From: a plasmid
Sequence record: NZ_CP029448.1
Reading direction: 5' to 3' (one strand)
DNA: 64,000 bases
The translations under genes were made by a program, and so were the position numbers. The notes below the pieces were generated by a model. It saw only the letters and a program-made list of their open reading frames with translations, ran no database searches and was not told where the DNA came from. Position 1 is the stretch's first letter. Every line of letters begins with the position of its first letter. Of the stretch, positions 29,901 to 39,349 are shown piece by piece.

Positions 29901-32158
29901 CCCAGCTCCGGGCGGTGACGGGAGCCATCAGCCTGCTGCCGGAAGCGACCCGGCCTCGGGTCATCGGTCTGGGGCCGACACACCGCGCCGTGGGGGAAAT
30001 GCAGAGCGCCGGCGTGGATGCGCAGACTACCGCCTCGTTCCTGCATGACACGCAGCTCCTGCAGCGTAATGGTCAGACACCGGATTTCAGCAACACGCTG
30101 TTCCTGCTCGACGAGAGCTCAATGGTGGGGCTGGCCGATACCGCGAAGGCGCTCTCCCTGATTGCGGCCGGGGGAGGACGGGCGGTGCTCAGCGGCGATA
30201 CCGACCAGCTGCAGTCCATTGCGCCGGGCCAGCCGTTCCGGCTGATGCAGCAGCGCAGTGCCGCCGACGTCGCCATTATGAAAGAGATTGTGCGCCAGGT
30301 ACCTGAGTTGCGACCGGCGGTCTACAGCCTGATTGACCGGGACGTGAACCGCGCGCTGGCGACGATTGAGCAGATTACACCGGAACAGGTGCCGCGAAAA
30401 GACGGGGCCTGGGTGCCCGAAAACTCCGTGGTGGAGTTCACCCCCGCACAGGAGGAGACGATACAGAAAGCGCTGAACAAGGGTGAAAGTGTGCCGGCAG
30501 GTCAGCCCACCACGCTGTATGAGGCACTGGTGAAGGACTATGCCGACCGTACCCCGGAGGCGCAGTCACAGACGCTGATTATCACCCATCTGAATGATGA
30601 CCGGCGGGTGCTGAACAGTCTGATTCATGACGCGAGGCGGGACAATGGTGAAGTGGGCAGAGAGGAAGTCACTCTGCCGGTACTGGTGACGAGCAACATC
30701 CGTGACGGAGAGCTGCGCAGACTGTCGACCTGGACGGCTCATAAGGGGGCCGTGGCCCTGGTCGACAATGTCTACCACCGTATCGGGAGCGTGGATAAGG
30801 AGAACCAGCTTATCACGCTGATGGATGGTGAAGGGAAAGAACGGCTTATTTCACCCCGGGAGGCGTTGGCTGAAGGTGTCACGCTCTACCGTGAGCAAGA
30901 GATTACAGTGTCTCAGGGGGACAAAATGCGCTTCAGCAAGAGTGACACGGAACGCGGCTATGTGGCCAACAGTGTGTGGGAGGTGAAATCCGTTTCAGGT
31001 GACAGTGTCACGCTATCTGACGGCAAAACCACCCGCACGCTGAACCCGAAGGCTGATCAAGCGCAGCAACATGTCGACCTTGCCTACGCCATCACCGCGC
31101 ATGGTGCTCAGGGGGCCAGTGAACCGTTTGCCATCGCACTGGAGGGCGTGGCGGGTGGTCGGGAACGGATGGCCAGCTTTGAATCCTCCTATGTCGGGTT
31201 ATCACGTATGAAACAGCATGTTCAGTTGTATACCGACAACCGTGAGGGCTGGATAAAGGCCATAAATCATTCACCAGAGAAAGCGACAGCCCACGATATT
31301 CTGGAGCCGCGTAACGACCGGGCCGTGAAAACGGCCGGCCAGCTGTTCAGCCGGGCACGAGCGCTGGATGAGGCGGCTGCAGGCCGGGCCGCCCTGCAGC
31401 AGTCCGGCCTGGCGCGCGGGCAGTCTCCGGGGAAATTCATTTCGCCGGGCAAAAAGTACCCGCAGCCACACGTGGCGCTGCCGGCGTTCGACAAAAACGG
31501 GAAAGACGCCGGCATCTGGCTCAGTCCGCTGACGGATAACGACGGACGTTTGCAGGTGATCGGCGGTGAGGGGCGCGTCATGGGCAATGAAGAAGCCCGG
31601 TTTGTGGCGCTGCAGAACAGTCGCAACGGCGAAAGTCTGCTGGCCGGGAATATGGGCGAAGGCGTCAGGATTGCACGCGATAACCCCGACAGCGGGGTGG
31701 TGGTCCGGCTTGCCGGAGATGACCGCCCCTGGAACCCGGAGGCCATCACCGGCGGTCGCATCTGGGCTGATCCCCTGCCGAATCCTCCGATCAATGATAC
31801 CGGTACTGACATCCCGCTCCCGCCAGAGGTTCTGGCACAGCGGGCCGCAGAAGAGGCACTGCGCCGGGAGATGGAAAGACAGACGGAGCAGGCGACCCGG
31901 GAAGTGTCCGGAGAGGAGAAGAAAGTGGGCGAGCCGGGCGAGCGGATAAAAGAGGTTATCGGGGACGTCATTCGGGGTCTCGAACGTGACCGGCCAGGAG
32001 AGGAGAAAACGGTGCTGCCAGATGACCCGCAGACCCGGCGTCAGGAAGCGGCCGTTCAGCAGGTGGCCACAGAGAGCCTGCAGCGCGACCGTCTGCAGCA
32101 GATGGAACGGGATATGGTTCGTGATCTCAGTCGTGAAAAAACGCTCGGGGGCGACTGA
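26900..32158 (+). CDS. traI: TraI relaxase-helicase
   Basis: 1752 aa with an N-terminal relaxase domain (YY motif region, HTHAVV His triad) and helicase domains. Confidence 0.95.
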   Translation: MMSIGSVKSAGSASNYYTDKDNYYVIGSMDERWQGKGAEALGLDGKVDKQVFTDLLKGKLPDGSDLTRMQDGVNKHRPGYDLTFSAPKSVSVMAMIGGDKRLIDAHNQAVTEAVKQVETLAATRVMTDGKSETVLTGNLIVAKFNHDTNRNQEPQLHTHAVVINATQNGGKWQSLGTDTVGKTGFIENVYANQIAFGKLYREVLKPLVEKLGYETEVTGKHGMWEMKDVPVEPFSTRSQEVREAAGPDASLKSRDVATLDTRKSKETLDPAEKMVEWVNTLKESGFDIHSYREDADKRAAEINRAPVSPAKTDGPDISDVVTKAIAGLSDRKVQFTYADMLARTVSQLEAKPGVFELARTGIDAAIEREQLIPLDREKGLFTSNIHVLDELSVKALSQEVQRQNHVSVTPDASVVRHAPFSDAVSVLAQDRPAMGIVYGQGGATGQRERVAELTLMAREQGRDVHILAADNRSRDFLAGDARLVGETVTGKSALQDGTAFIPGGTLIVDQAEKLSLKETLSLLDGAMRHNVQVLLSDSGKRSGTGSALTVLKESGVNTYRWQGGNQTTADIISEPDKGARYSRLAQEFAVSVREGQESVAQISGVREQGVLNGIIREVLKNEGTLGAKEMTVTTLTPVWLDSKSRGVRDYYREGMVMERWDPETRKHDRFLIDRVTASSNMLTLRDKEGERLDLKVSAVDSQWSLFRADKLPVASGERLSVLGKIPETRLKGGESITVLNAEAGQLTVQRPGQKTTQTLAVGAGPFDGIKVGHGWVESPGRSVSETATVFASLTQRELDNATLNQLAQSGSHIRLYSAQDAARTTEKLARHTAFSVVSEQLKARSGETDLDAAIALQKAGLHTPAEQVIHLSIPLLESEELTFTRPQLLATALETGGGKVPMTEIDATIQAQIKAGSLLNVPVAPGHGNDLLISRQTWDAEKSILTKVLEGKEAVAPLMDSVPGSLMTDLTSGQRASTRMILETTDRFTVVQGYAGVGKTTQLRAVTGAISLLPEATRPRVIGLGPTHRAVGEMQSAGVDAQTTASFLHDTQLLQRNGQTPDFSNTLFLLDESSMVGLADTAKALSLIAAGGGRAVLSGDTDQLQSIAPGQPFRLMQQRSAADVAIMKEIVRQVPELRPAVYSLIDRDVNRALATIEQITPEQVPRKDGAWVPENSVVEFTPAQEETIQKALNKGESVPAGQPTTLYEALVKDYADRTPEAQSQTLIITHLNDDRRVLNSLIHDARRDNGEVGREEVTLPVLVTSNIRDGELRRLSTWTAHKGAVALVDNVYHRIGSVDKENQLITLMDGEGKERLISPREALAEGVTLYREQEITVSQGDKMRFSKSDTERGYVANSVWEVKSVSGDSVTLSDGKTTRTLNPKADQAQQHVDLAYAITAHGAQGASEPFAIALEGVAGGRERMASFESSYVGLSRMKQHVQLYTDNREGWIKAINHSPEKATAHDILEPRNDRAVKTAGQLFSRARALDEAAAGRAALQQSGLARGQSPGKFISPGKKYPQPHVALPAFDKNGKDAGIWLSPLTDNDGRLQVIGGEGRVMGNEEARFVALQNSRNGESLLAGNMGEGVRIARDNPDSGVVVRLAGDDRPWNPEAITGGRIWADPLPNPPINDTGTDIPLPPEVLAQRAAEEALRREMERQTEQATREVSGEEKKVGEPGERIKEVIGDVIRGLERDRPGEEKTVLPDDPQTRRQEAAVQQVATESLQRDRLQQMERDMVRDLSREKTLGGD

Positions 32159-32241
32159 CTCGCCTGCGGCTTGTCTGCCCCGGCAGGGTGCCCGATTAAA
32201 ATCGGGCACCCTGCCGGGGCGCTGATAAAAGGAAAAGGAAG

Positions 32242-32961
32242 ATGACAACATATGAAACCCGCCTCAACGCTGTCGATCGCTGGCTGCTGGGGCTGCTGAC
32301 CTGGACGCCAGGACAGACGGATATCATCAAGACCGTCGCGCTGGTTCTGATGGTCATCGACCATACCGGTCTGTTGCTGGCCGGGAATAATGAGGTGATG
32401 CGTCTGCTGGGGAGGGGCTGTTTTCCGCTGTTCGGGCTGGTCTGGGGGATGAATCTGGCCCGACATACTGAAATCCGCCAGTCTCAGCTGAACCAGCTCT
32501 GGTGCTGGGCGTTGATCGCCCAGGGCTCCTTTATTCTCATCGGATACCCGTGGTACATGGGGAATATCCTGTTTAGCTTTGCGGTCACCGGTCAGGCGCT
32601 GCGCTGGTTCAGTCTGCAGACCCGCAATGATATTCTGCTGGCGATCGCCATTGTCGTGGCCTGGCTCCCTCTGTCTGCCGACAGCTACGGTCTGGCCGGG
32701 GTTTTTATGCTGATCAACAGCTGGCGACTGTGTCGGGCGAAAGAACCCGCAGAACGTATCGGGTATGGCGTGCTGTGGGCCGTCATGGTGTTGCTGATGA
32801 ATGCCCATGATATTACCCAGGCCATCGCCGGCCTGATGGTCGCCTTGCTGGCCCTGGCGGTCTGTTCTGACATCGGTCGTTCTGTTCGGCGCTTCTGGCC
32901 GCGGCATTTCTTCGTGATGTTCTATGCCGTACATCTGGCGGTGCTGGGGATTGTTGTCTAA
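32242..32961 (+). CDS. traX: TraX pilin acetyltransferase
   Basis: 239-aa polytopic protein after traI. Confidence 0.85.
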   Translation: MTTYETRLNAVDRWLLGLLTWTPGQTDIIKTVALVLMVIDHTGLLLAGNNEVMRLLGRGCFPLFGLVWGMNLARHTEIRQSQLNQLWCWALIAQGSFILIGYPWYMGNILFSFAVTGQALRWFSLQTRNDILLAIAIVVAWLPLSADSYGLAGVFMLINSWRLCRAKEPAERIGYGVLWAVMVLLMNAHDITQAIAGLMVALLALAVCSDIGRSVRRFWPRHFFVMFYAVHLAVLGIVV

Positions 32962-33121
32962 ATGTAAAAAAAACCGGACAGAGGTCCAAGGAGCAGAAAT
33001 AGTGCCCGCAACTGTGACAAAGGGAACATCATCGCCGTGTCCACAGTTTCCTGAGATGAAACGATGATGCCGTTAGCGTATCGTATACGTCAGACCTGAT
33101 GCTTTATTGATATGGCCCCTT

Positions 33122-33715
33122 ATGAGTGAAGAAAAACGTCCTGTACTGAGCCTGAAACGAAAACCCGCGGCAGACAGTGCTGCCCCCACCAGTGATACGG
33201 CCACTCCTGGTGTGGTACGCCGAAAAAAGGTCGTGGTGGTGTCGGCGCCGCCCGCCTGGAAGGTCAAGAAAGAAAAGCTTGAACGTGCGAAACAGGCCGC
33301 GGAAGCCGCCGCGCGTCAGGCTGAGCCCGTACCGGTCAAGGCAACAAAGGCTCCCCCTCCGGTGCGCTATCTTCGGCTGTTGCCGCCAGAGCAGGCGATC
33401 ATGACCCTGAAGGTGTTCTGGCCACAGCTGTTCGATGGCAACTCGCCACGTCTGCTGGCCACGGGAATGCGTGAACAGCTGCTTGCCGATATTGCGAGTC
33501 GTGATCTGCCGCTGTCGCATAAACAGGTGATTAAGTGCCTGAAAAGCCTGACCCGGTCTGCAGGTTATCTGTCCCGAATGCGGGAAGGTGCCTCCCGCTA
33601 TGACCTGCAGGGGAATGTGGTGGCTACGGTCACTGCTGATGAAGCGCACTACGCCAGTGAGCGCATGATGAAAGAGCTGTTACGCGCTGAACGAAAGATG
33701 AGTCAGACCGTTTAA
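33122..33715 (+). CDS. finO: FinO RNA chaperone (fertility inhibition)
   Basis: MSEEKRPVLSLKRK.. and ..FDG.SPRLLA.G.R..LL.D.A.R..PLSHK.. match F FinO. Confidence 0.85.
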   Translation: MSEEKRPVLSLKRKPAADSAAPTSDTATPGVVRRKKVVVVSAPPAWKVKKEKLERAKQAAEAAARQAEPVPVKATKAPPPVRYLRLLPPEQAIMTLKVFWPQLFDGNSPRLLATGMREQLLADIASRDLPLSHKQVIKCLKSLTRSAGYLSRMREGASRYDLQGNVVATVTADEAHYASERMMKELLRAERKMSQTV

Positions 33716-33827
33716 TTCATTTCCTGCCACAACAGTATTCATCGTTCTACAACCTCTCCGCTAAAGACTTAACGGCTTTAGCGGACGAACTTATTTTATC
33801 CATGCTTAACCTGTTAAAGGAATAAAA

Positions 33828-34619
33828 ATGAAATTCAGATTCGGATTGTATTTTCTGCTCCCATTTATTTCAGTTGTCGTTTTGAATACCAGTTTTGCTC
33901 AGGATAATGCACCTGATAAAACGTTTTCCGTTACCCAGGAGAAAAGAATTGGAGAAATCGCAGCGGATTATCTGCGTGCTCATCCCGAGATACTTATTCA
34001 GATGAGCGAGACACTTCAGCAGGAGCAGGAGGCGAAACAGACTCGCGGTTTTAAATCCGCAGCACTGGAACAACAGGGAAACATTCTGGGTAATAAAAAT
34101 ATCCCCTCCTGGGGGCCCGGGGACGGAAAGGTGATGGTGGTTGAATTCTTTGACTACCAGTGCATCTGGTGCAGCCGCTTCGCGCCGGAACTGGAGAAGG
34201 TCATCAGGAGTAACCAGGATGTGCGCTATTTCTTTATGGAGTGGCCGGTCTTCGGGAGCCGATGGCCGGTTTCATTACTGGCAGCCAAAACCGGTCTGCT
34301 GGTCTGGAAGGAAAAGGGGCCGGAGGCATATCTGGCATACCATAACGGTATTTATGCGACCGGATTAATTGAAGGCAGGCTGACCAAAGAGACAGTCACG
34401 AAAACATCAGGTGATATTCAGTTCAGACAGGATACCATTGATGAAGTTAATACCACGCTGAAAAATATTAAAGACATCGCCACGGCAACGGGATTAACCG
34501 GTACGCCGGGTATTATTGTGATGCCGGTGAAGGGCGCGACGGAAGAAAATACCACGGTATTTTCCGGAATGACGGAGTCGGAAAGTCTTCAGGCGGCAAT
34601 AAATAAATCCCGTCACTAA
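33828..34619 (+). CDS. DsbA/DsbG-family periplasmic thiol:disulfide oxidoreductase
   Basis: Signal peptide and CIWC active site (FFDYQCIWCSRF). Confidence 0.75.
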   Translation: MKFRFGLYFLLPFISVVVLNTSFAQDNAPDKTFSVTQEKRIGEIAADYLRAHPEILIQMSETLQQEQEAKQTRGFKSAALEQQGNILGNKNIPSWGPGDGKVMVVEFFDYQCIWCSRFAPELEKVIRSNQDVRYFFMEWPVFGSRWPVSLLAAKTGLLVWKEKGPEAYLAYHNGIYATGLIEGRLTKETVTKTSGDIQFRQDTIDEVNTTLKNIKDIATATGLTGTPGIIVMPVKGATEENTTVFSGMTESESLQAAINKSRH

Positions 34620-34658
34620 CACCTCCTTTTAAATCCGTCTTATTAAAGGACTGAATTT

Positions 34659-34964
34659 ATGTTCAGCTATTTTATTTTACGCATTGAGAAGCAATTATTC
34701 TGTTATTTGTATGGGGGCATGCTGGCGCTGTTTCTGATACTCCTGTCTCCGTTTTTTTTCACAGGAGGGGGACTGCTCCTGGTGATGCTGTCAGTTGCGT
34801 TGTTCTGGGGCGGGCTGGCCCTGTATACGCGGCATACTGACCGGATGAGAAAGCCTGACGTTTCTCCACTCGTCAGTGTCCGGGATGGTATCCAGGTGGT
34901 GCCCGAGCCGCCAGATGATGATGGGGTCAGTTTGGATATCGAAAATTATTGTACGTTAAGGTGA
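34659..34964 (+). pseudogene. membrane-protein ORF whose 3' end runs into a Tn3-family IR (insertion-truncated gene)
   Basis: The last 10 codons ([10 protein letters not shown]) are encoded by the 38-bp IR at 34923-34960. Confidence 0.5.
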
Positions 34965-34974
34965 TTTTTTGTAC

Positions 34975-36540
34975 CTCTGAGCTGTGGTAGAGCTTGACCA
35001 CTTTGACAGGCAGCTTTGAGCGAGATATAGTCATTCGTACCCTGAGAATTACACTTTGAAGTGATTCAGGGTATGCGCTTACTGGTTACGAATATTGAGC
35101 GAGAATCATGTGATGATCGCCGCTTTTCTTTCGAGCCAGTAGGTGCTCCACGTTCGCTAACGAATACTCAGGGCATGCAGATAAACTGCTGGCTATATTT
35201 CTTTCGAAGAGCGTGGAATGCATACCAATCCCCGATAAAAAGGAGTTGGTGATGACTGTGACTAATCAATTTGCTGCGCACGTTGGTCTGGACTGGGCTG
35301 ATAAAAAACACGATGTCTGTGTTCAGTTTAAAAACTGTGAACGCGTATTCGATGTGATTGAACATACAGCAGAAGCGCTTGATGCCTGGCTTACTGAGTT
35401 ACACCAGAAAGTAAAAGGTAGAATCGCAATAGCTCTCGAACTGAAGAAGGGCCCCGTGGTATATGCTCTTCAAAAATACCCCTTTATCACCGTTTTCCCC
35501 GTCCACGCATTGTCCCTGGCTCGTTATCGGCAAGCCTTCTCGCCCAGCGGCGCTAAAGATGATCCGCAGGATGCCGAGCTGGCATTAGAGTTAATGCTGC
35601 GTTACCCCCAGAAGATAAAAGCTATTGAACCCGACAATGCGGATATTCGCTTACTTCAGCAACTGGTTGAGCAACGTCGTCAGTTGGTTGAAGATAAACG
35701 ACGCTTTGTGAACCGGATAATCAACACGCTTAAACAGTATTATCCTCAGCCACTGGAGTGGTTCTCACATCGGGGTAGCTTACTGTTGTGTGAGCTGATT
35801 ATCCGGTGGCCCAGTCTGCAACAACTGAAACGAGCCAGACGCGACACGATCCGCAACTTTCTGAATGCCAAAGGTGGTCGCGCTATGGCCCTTACCGAGC
35901 AACGTGTTGCGAGTATTGATAATGCGATCCCATTGACTACAGACCCGAGTGTTATAGAGGCTAATGCTTTGATGGCAGCAGCACTGGCGACACAAATTAA
36001 AGTCGTGAGTGAAATCATCAAAACCTATGACGAACGAATCGAAACGCTGTTTGACACATTGCCAGATGCGGGGCTGTTCAAATCACTTCCGGGCATGGGA
36101 CCGTGCATGGGCCCACGGATGCTTGCTGCACTTGGTGATAACCGTGACCGGTTTAACAGCGCTGAAGAAATTCAAAACTACGCAGGTATAGCACCGGTGA
36201 CCGAACGAAGCGGCCAAAAATCCTGGGTTCACTGGCGATGGCAATGTGCCAAGTTCGTCAGGCAGACCTTTGTTGAATGGGCTGCCAAGACGGTTAATTC
36301 ATCATACTGGGCCAAACTGTATTATCAGGGCCTCAGAGAAAAGGGCAAATCTCATCAGTCTGCGATCCGGGCACTGGCGTTCAAATGGATAAGGATCATT
36401 TACCGCTGCTGGAAGGCCAGAACCTGTTATGACGAAGCGAAATATTTGCTGGCTCTCGAAGCGAGACACTCGCCCTTACTGAAGCCATAAAAAGCTTGTC
36501 GAATGTCTCAGGGCGTGAAGCGGACATTGCAGACTGCCCA
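34975..36540 (+). mobile_element. IS110-family insertion sequence, 22 bp inside the Tn3-type IR
   Basis: Contains the DEDD transposase gene. A 5'- and internally deleted second copy at 42889-43350 shares the right-flank sequence gcttgtcgaatgtctcagg..ggacattg. Confidence 0.6.
35252..36490 (+). CDS. IS110-family (DEDD) transposase
   Basis: N-terminal HVGLDWADKKHD motif, central LPGMGP.. and IAPVTERSG; start chosen at MTVTNQF. Confidence 0.8.
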   Translation: MTVTNQFAAHVGLDWADKKHDVCVQFKNCERVFDVIEHTAEALDAWLTELHQKVKGRIAIALELKKGPVVYALQKYPFITVFPVHALSLARYRQAFSPSGAKDDPQDAELALELMLRYPQKIKAIEPDNADIRLLQQLVEQRRQLVEDKRRFVNRIINTLKQYYPQPLEWFSHRGSLLLCELIIRWPSLQQLKRARRDTIRNFLNAKGGRAMALTEQRVASIDNAIPLTTDPSVIEANALMAAALATQIKVVSEIIKTYDERIETLFDTLPDAGLFKSLPGMGPCMGPRMLAALGDNRDRFNSAEEIQNYAGIAPVTERSGQKSWVHWRWQCAKFVRQTFVEWAAKTVNSSYWAKLYYQGLREKGKSHQSAIRALAFKWIRIIYRCWKARTCYDEAKYLLALEARHSPLLKP

Positions 36541-36926
36541 GTAGAAAAAGTGCTATCAGAATTATCTAAAGGAAGATCGTATTTACCATGTCTCATTCTA
36601 ACTGTTTAATAAATTACAAAAATTAAAATTTCCATTTAATATCATCGCGTTAAGCAAGAGAATTAAACCTCTCATTTAATTTATGATTCTTATTTAATTC
36701 ATGAGTTGGTGTAAAAATAGGTTGCCGCACTATAGAAAGACACATATTTAAACCCAGCAGGAAATCATATTTGAAAGTAATGTGTTTAAGGGGCTGCGTA
36801 ACAAGAACAGCAAGTAAACACATAGTAATAACAGTTACCATTCCCATTTCGCAAGTGGCCATATCAGAGGTGAACTAATGCCTGCTGCAATTTTAAGAAT
36901 TAAGGTTATCCTAATAATTCTTTTGT

Positions 36927-37538
36927 ATGATTAAGATCATCGATAAATTTACTAAGGACTCATTAATGAAATTGCGACTCTGGAATCTATTACCCCATGA
37001 TTACGCTCCTTTTTTTCGTATTCTTCACATCATTGTGGCATTTCTAATATTATCACAAATTATTAACTCTAATCTGACAGAGACCGAAGCAATTGGTGAA
37101 CATAGTCTTGAAGGAGTTATAACCTGGATGCACATTATTTCAGGGTTAGGACTGATTATTTGTGGTTTTATTATGTTAAGTTGGATGCTTACTCAAAGAG
37201 GTTTTACTTATTATTTTTCATGGGTAGGGCTTGACTTTAGTGGTATTAAGCAAGATATAAAAACGTTGACTAGTTTCCGACTGCCCGATGCACATTCGGG
37301 AGGTATTGCCAGTACAATCCAAGGATTTGGAGTTCTAGCATTGCTAATTGTAGCACTTTCAGGTGGCCTATGGTTCTTGTTGAATACCATGCAGTCAAAT
37401 CTGGCTGAAACAGTAATCCACTGGCATAAGTTCTTTACTACTTTCATTGAGGTCTATTTTTATGCACATGGTGCAATGGGAGTTTTGCATATTTTAATTG
37501 AAAAATATAAAAGCCGCTCAGTTAACCTAAGTGACTAA
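36927..37538 (+). CDS. cytochrome b561-family / b-type cytochrome membrane protein
   Basis: 203 aa with 4 TM helices and conserved His (IISGLGL.., HWHKF.., AHGAMGVLHI). Confidence 0.5.
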   Translation: MIKIIDKFTKDSLMKLRLWNLLPHDYAPFFRILHIIVAFLILSQIINSNLTETEAIGEHSLEGVITWMHIISGLGLIICGFIMLSWMLTQRGFTYYFSWVGLDFSGIKQDIKTLTSFRLPDAHSGGIASTIQGFGVLALLIVALSGGLWFLLNTMQSNLAETVIHWHKFFTTFIEVYFYAHGAMGVLHILIEKYKSRSVNLSD

Positions 37539-37737
37539 TCTGTTGTGAGATAATATTACTTCAAGTTGAAGAAAACCCTAAAAATAAAATTTAGTTTACT
37601 AGAAGATGAAACAGCACTTGCAGAGACTTTTTAATTAAATTTAATAAAAACGAAAAAATATTCATGGCGAAATGATTGTTTAATTATCTATCATGGATAG
37701 AAATGTGAGTTAGTCGTCCTATTTTAGGAAGTTAATA

Positions 37738-38661
37738 ATGACTAAAACAAAAGGGTTACCTCGTCCGCTGACGCACTACGCTTGGCTTTCCATTGCCACG
37801 GCTATTGCCACTATCGGACTCAAAGGTGTGGCGTGGAAAATGACCGGTTCGGTCGGTCTGCTATCTGATGCCATCGAATCCGTAGTTAACCTCGCAGGAG
37901 CCCTAATGGCGCTCTGGATGCTGACCTTGGCTGCGCTTCCGGCCGATGAGAACCATGCATATGGGCACGGCAAAGCCGAATATTTCTCGAGTGCTTTCGA
38001 AGGATTTCTGATCCTATTGGCGGCAGCCAGTATCGCCTATACCGCAGTTGAGCGGATGTTAACTCCACAGCCGCTTGAGGAGATTGGTCTCGGATTACTG
38101 GTTTCAACAGTCGCATCAATCCTTAATTTTGTGACGGCTCGCATTTTGTTAAGGGCTGGCAGGCAGCACAACTCTATCACTCTTGAGGCAGATGCTCATC
38201 ACCTGCTGACCGATGTCTGGACGTCGGTCGGTGTCATTTTTGGTGTCGGACTGGTTTATCTGACCGGCTGGTTTTGGGTCGATCCGATCGTTGCATTGCT
38301 GGTCGCAGCCAACATCGTTTGGACTGGTTATCAGCTTATGAGTCGTTCAGCTGCAGGTCTGATGGACGTATCGCTACCCACGGAAGAACTCAAAAAAATC
38401 GAGTCACTGCTGGCAGGATATCGTGAACAGGGGCTTGATTTCCATGCACTACGTACACGCCAGGCTGGCGGGCGGGCGTTTATGACAATGCACATCCTAG
38501 TTCCTGGGCGATGGACTGTTCAATATGGGCACGACTGGGCCGAGCGTATAGAGAATGATATCCGCACCGCACTGCCTTTTATCCATATCACCACTCATGT
38601 GGAACCGTTGGAAGATCCCGCGTCAATGAACGACCAAACGCTCGACATTTCTGATCACTAA
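37738..38661 (+). CDS. cation diffusion facilitator (CDF) family divalent-cation efflux transporter
   Basis: 307 aa with 6 TM helices plus a C-terminal cytoplasmic domain; [18 protein letters not shown] and [10 protein letters not shown] motifs. Confidence 0.85.
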   Translation: MTKTKGLPRPLTHYAWLSIATAIATIGLKGVAWKMTGSVGLLSDAIESVVNLAGALMALWMLTLAALPADENHAYGHGKAEYFSSAFEGFLILLAAASIAYTAVERMLTPQPLEEIGLGLLVSTVASILNFVTARILLRAGRQHNSITLEADAHHLLTDVWTSVGVIFGVGLVYLTGWFWVDPIVALLVAANIVWTGYQLMSRSAAGLMDVSLPTEELKKIESLLAGYREQGLDFHALRTRQAGGRAFMTMHILVPGRWTVQYGHDWAERIENDIRTALPFIHITTHVEPLEDPASMNDQTLDISDH

Positions 38662-39010
38662 ACTAACCACATGTCGCTGGTCGGGCAGGGTAACAAACCT
38701 CGCTCTACAAAAATTTCAGGTATTCTCTATAATTCTGAGGGTACTTGATGTGACCTGCGCCCAATTGTTGGGCACGCAATATTTTTAAAAAGTCCGCTTC
38801 TGGCACACAGCGGACTTTCCTTACATAGATGATGCGTCAGGCTGCTAATCACAAAAGTTGTTACAGGGCGCTAACTATTAGGCCATGACTGCAAATAAAC
38901 ACCGTTATTCCAGCCTTTCAGGCAGTTTCATTGTAAGCGCCCTTAAATCAGCATCTTTTAACTCGAGCTATCCAGTTTCACACTAATACCTATCTTTTTG
39001 AAAGGGGGTA

Positions 39011-39322
39011 TTGGTTATGACTTCACAAGATCGCCAGCAATTCTGGCAGCAACATATTGATGCCTGGCAAGCATCGGATGCATCCGGTGCGGCTTTTTGT
39101 AAGCAGCGTGATTTGAATTACGCGCAGTTTAATTATTGGCGTAAAAAGTTTCGGGCAGAGGCTGTTGAAAAGCCTGCTGGTTTTGCTCAAGTGACACAAC
39201 TAGCAGCCCCGCTCAATGATTCTAATAATGAACTAGGCCTTCATTTGCCGAGTGGCATCAGTTTTTCGGGGATCAATCATAGCAATTTGGATGTCGTCTT
39301 AGCGCTGCTGAGGCAGTTGTAG
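39011..39322 (+). CDS. IS66-family orfA (TnpA accessory)-like remnant, orphan
   Basis: Pattern [21 protein letters not shown]....L.Y.QF.YWRKK is as in IS66 orf1 proteins. No tnpB or tnpC follows. Confidence 0.45.
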   Translation: MVMTSQDRQQFWQQHIDAWQASDASGAAFCKQRDLNYAQFNYWRKKFRAEAVEKPAGFAQVTQLAAPLNDSNNELGLHLPSGISFSGINHSNLDVVLALLRQL

Positions 39323-39349
39323 TGAAAGTGCGCTATTTACGGCCAGCCA

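Noticed and set aside
26783-32251. Long antisense ORFs inside traI, traD, traG, traN and traC (for example 26783..27766, 28046..28900, 31271..32251, 19600..20493, 14969..15496)
   Set aside because: They lie fully inside strongly supported GC-rich tra genes on the opposite strand. This is a typical spurious open frame pattern in high-GC coding DNA.
36650-36862. 70-aa minus-strand ORF in the AT-rich spacer after the IS110-family element
   Set aside because: It lies in an AT-rich region with no RBS and a low-complexity product. It is likely non-coding.
39011-39322. Assigning the 103-aa ORF confidently to a specific IS66-family element
   Set aside because: It is recognised only by recalled sequence pattern of IS66 orf1 proteins. 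No tnpB or tnpC partner is present, so it is reported with low confidence.
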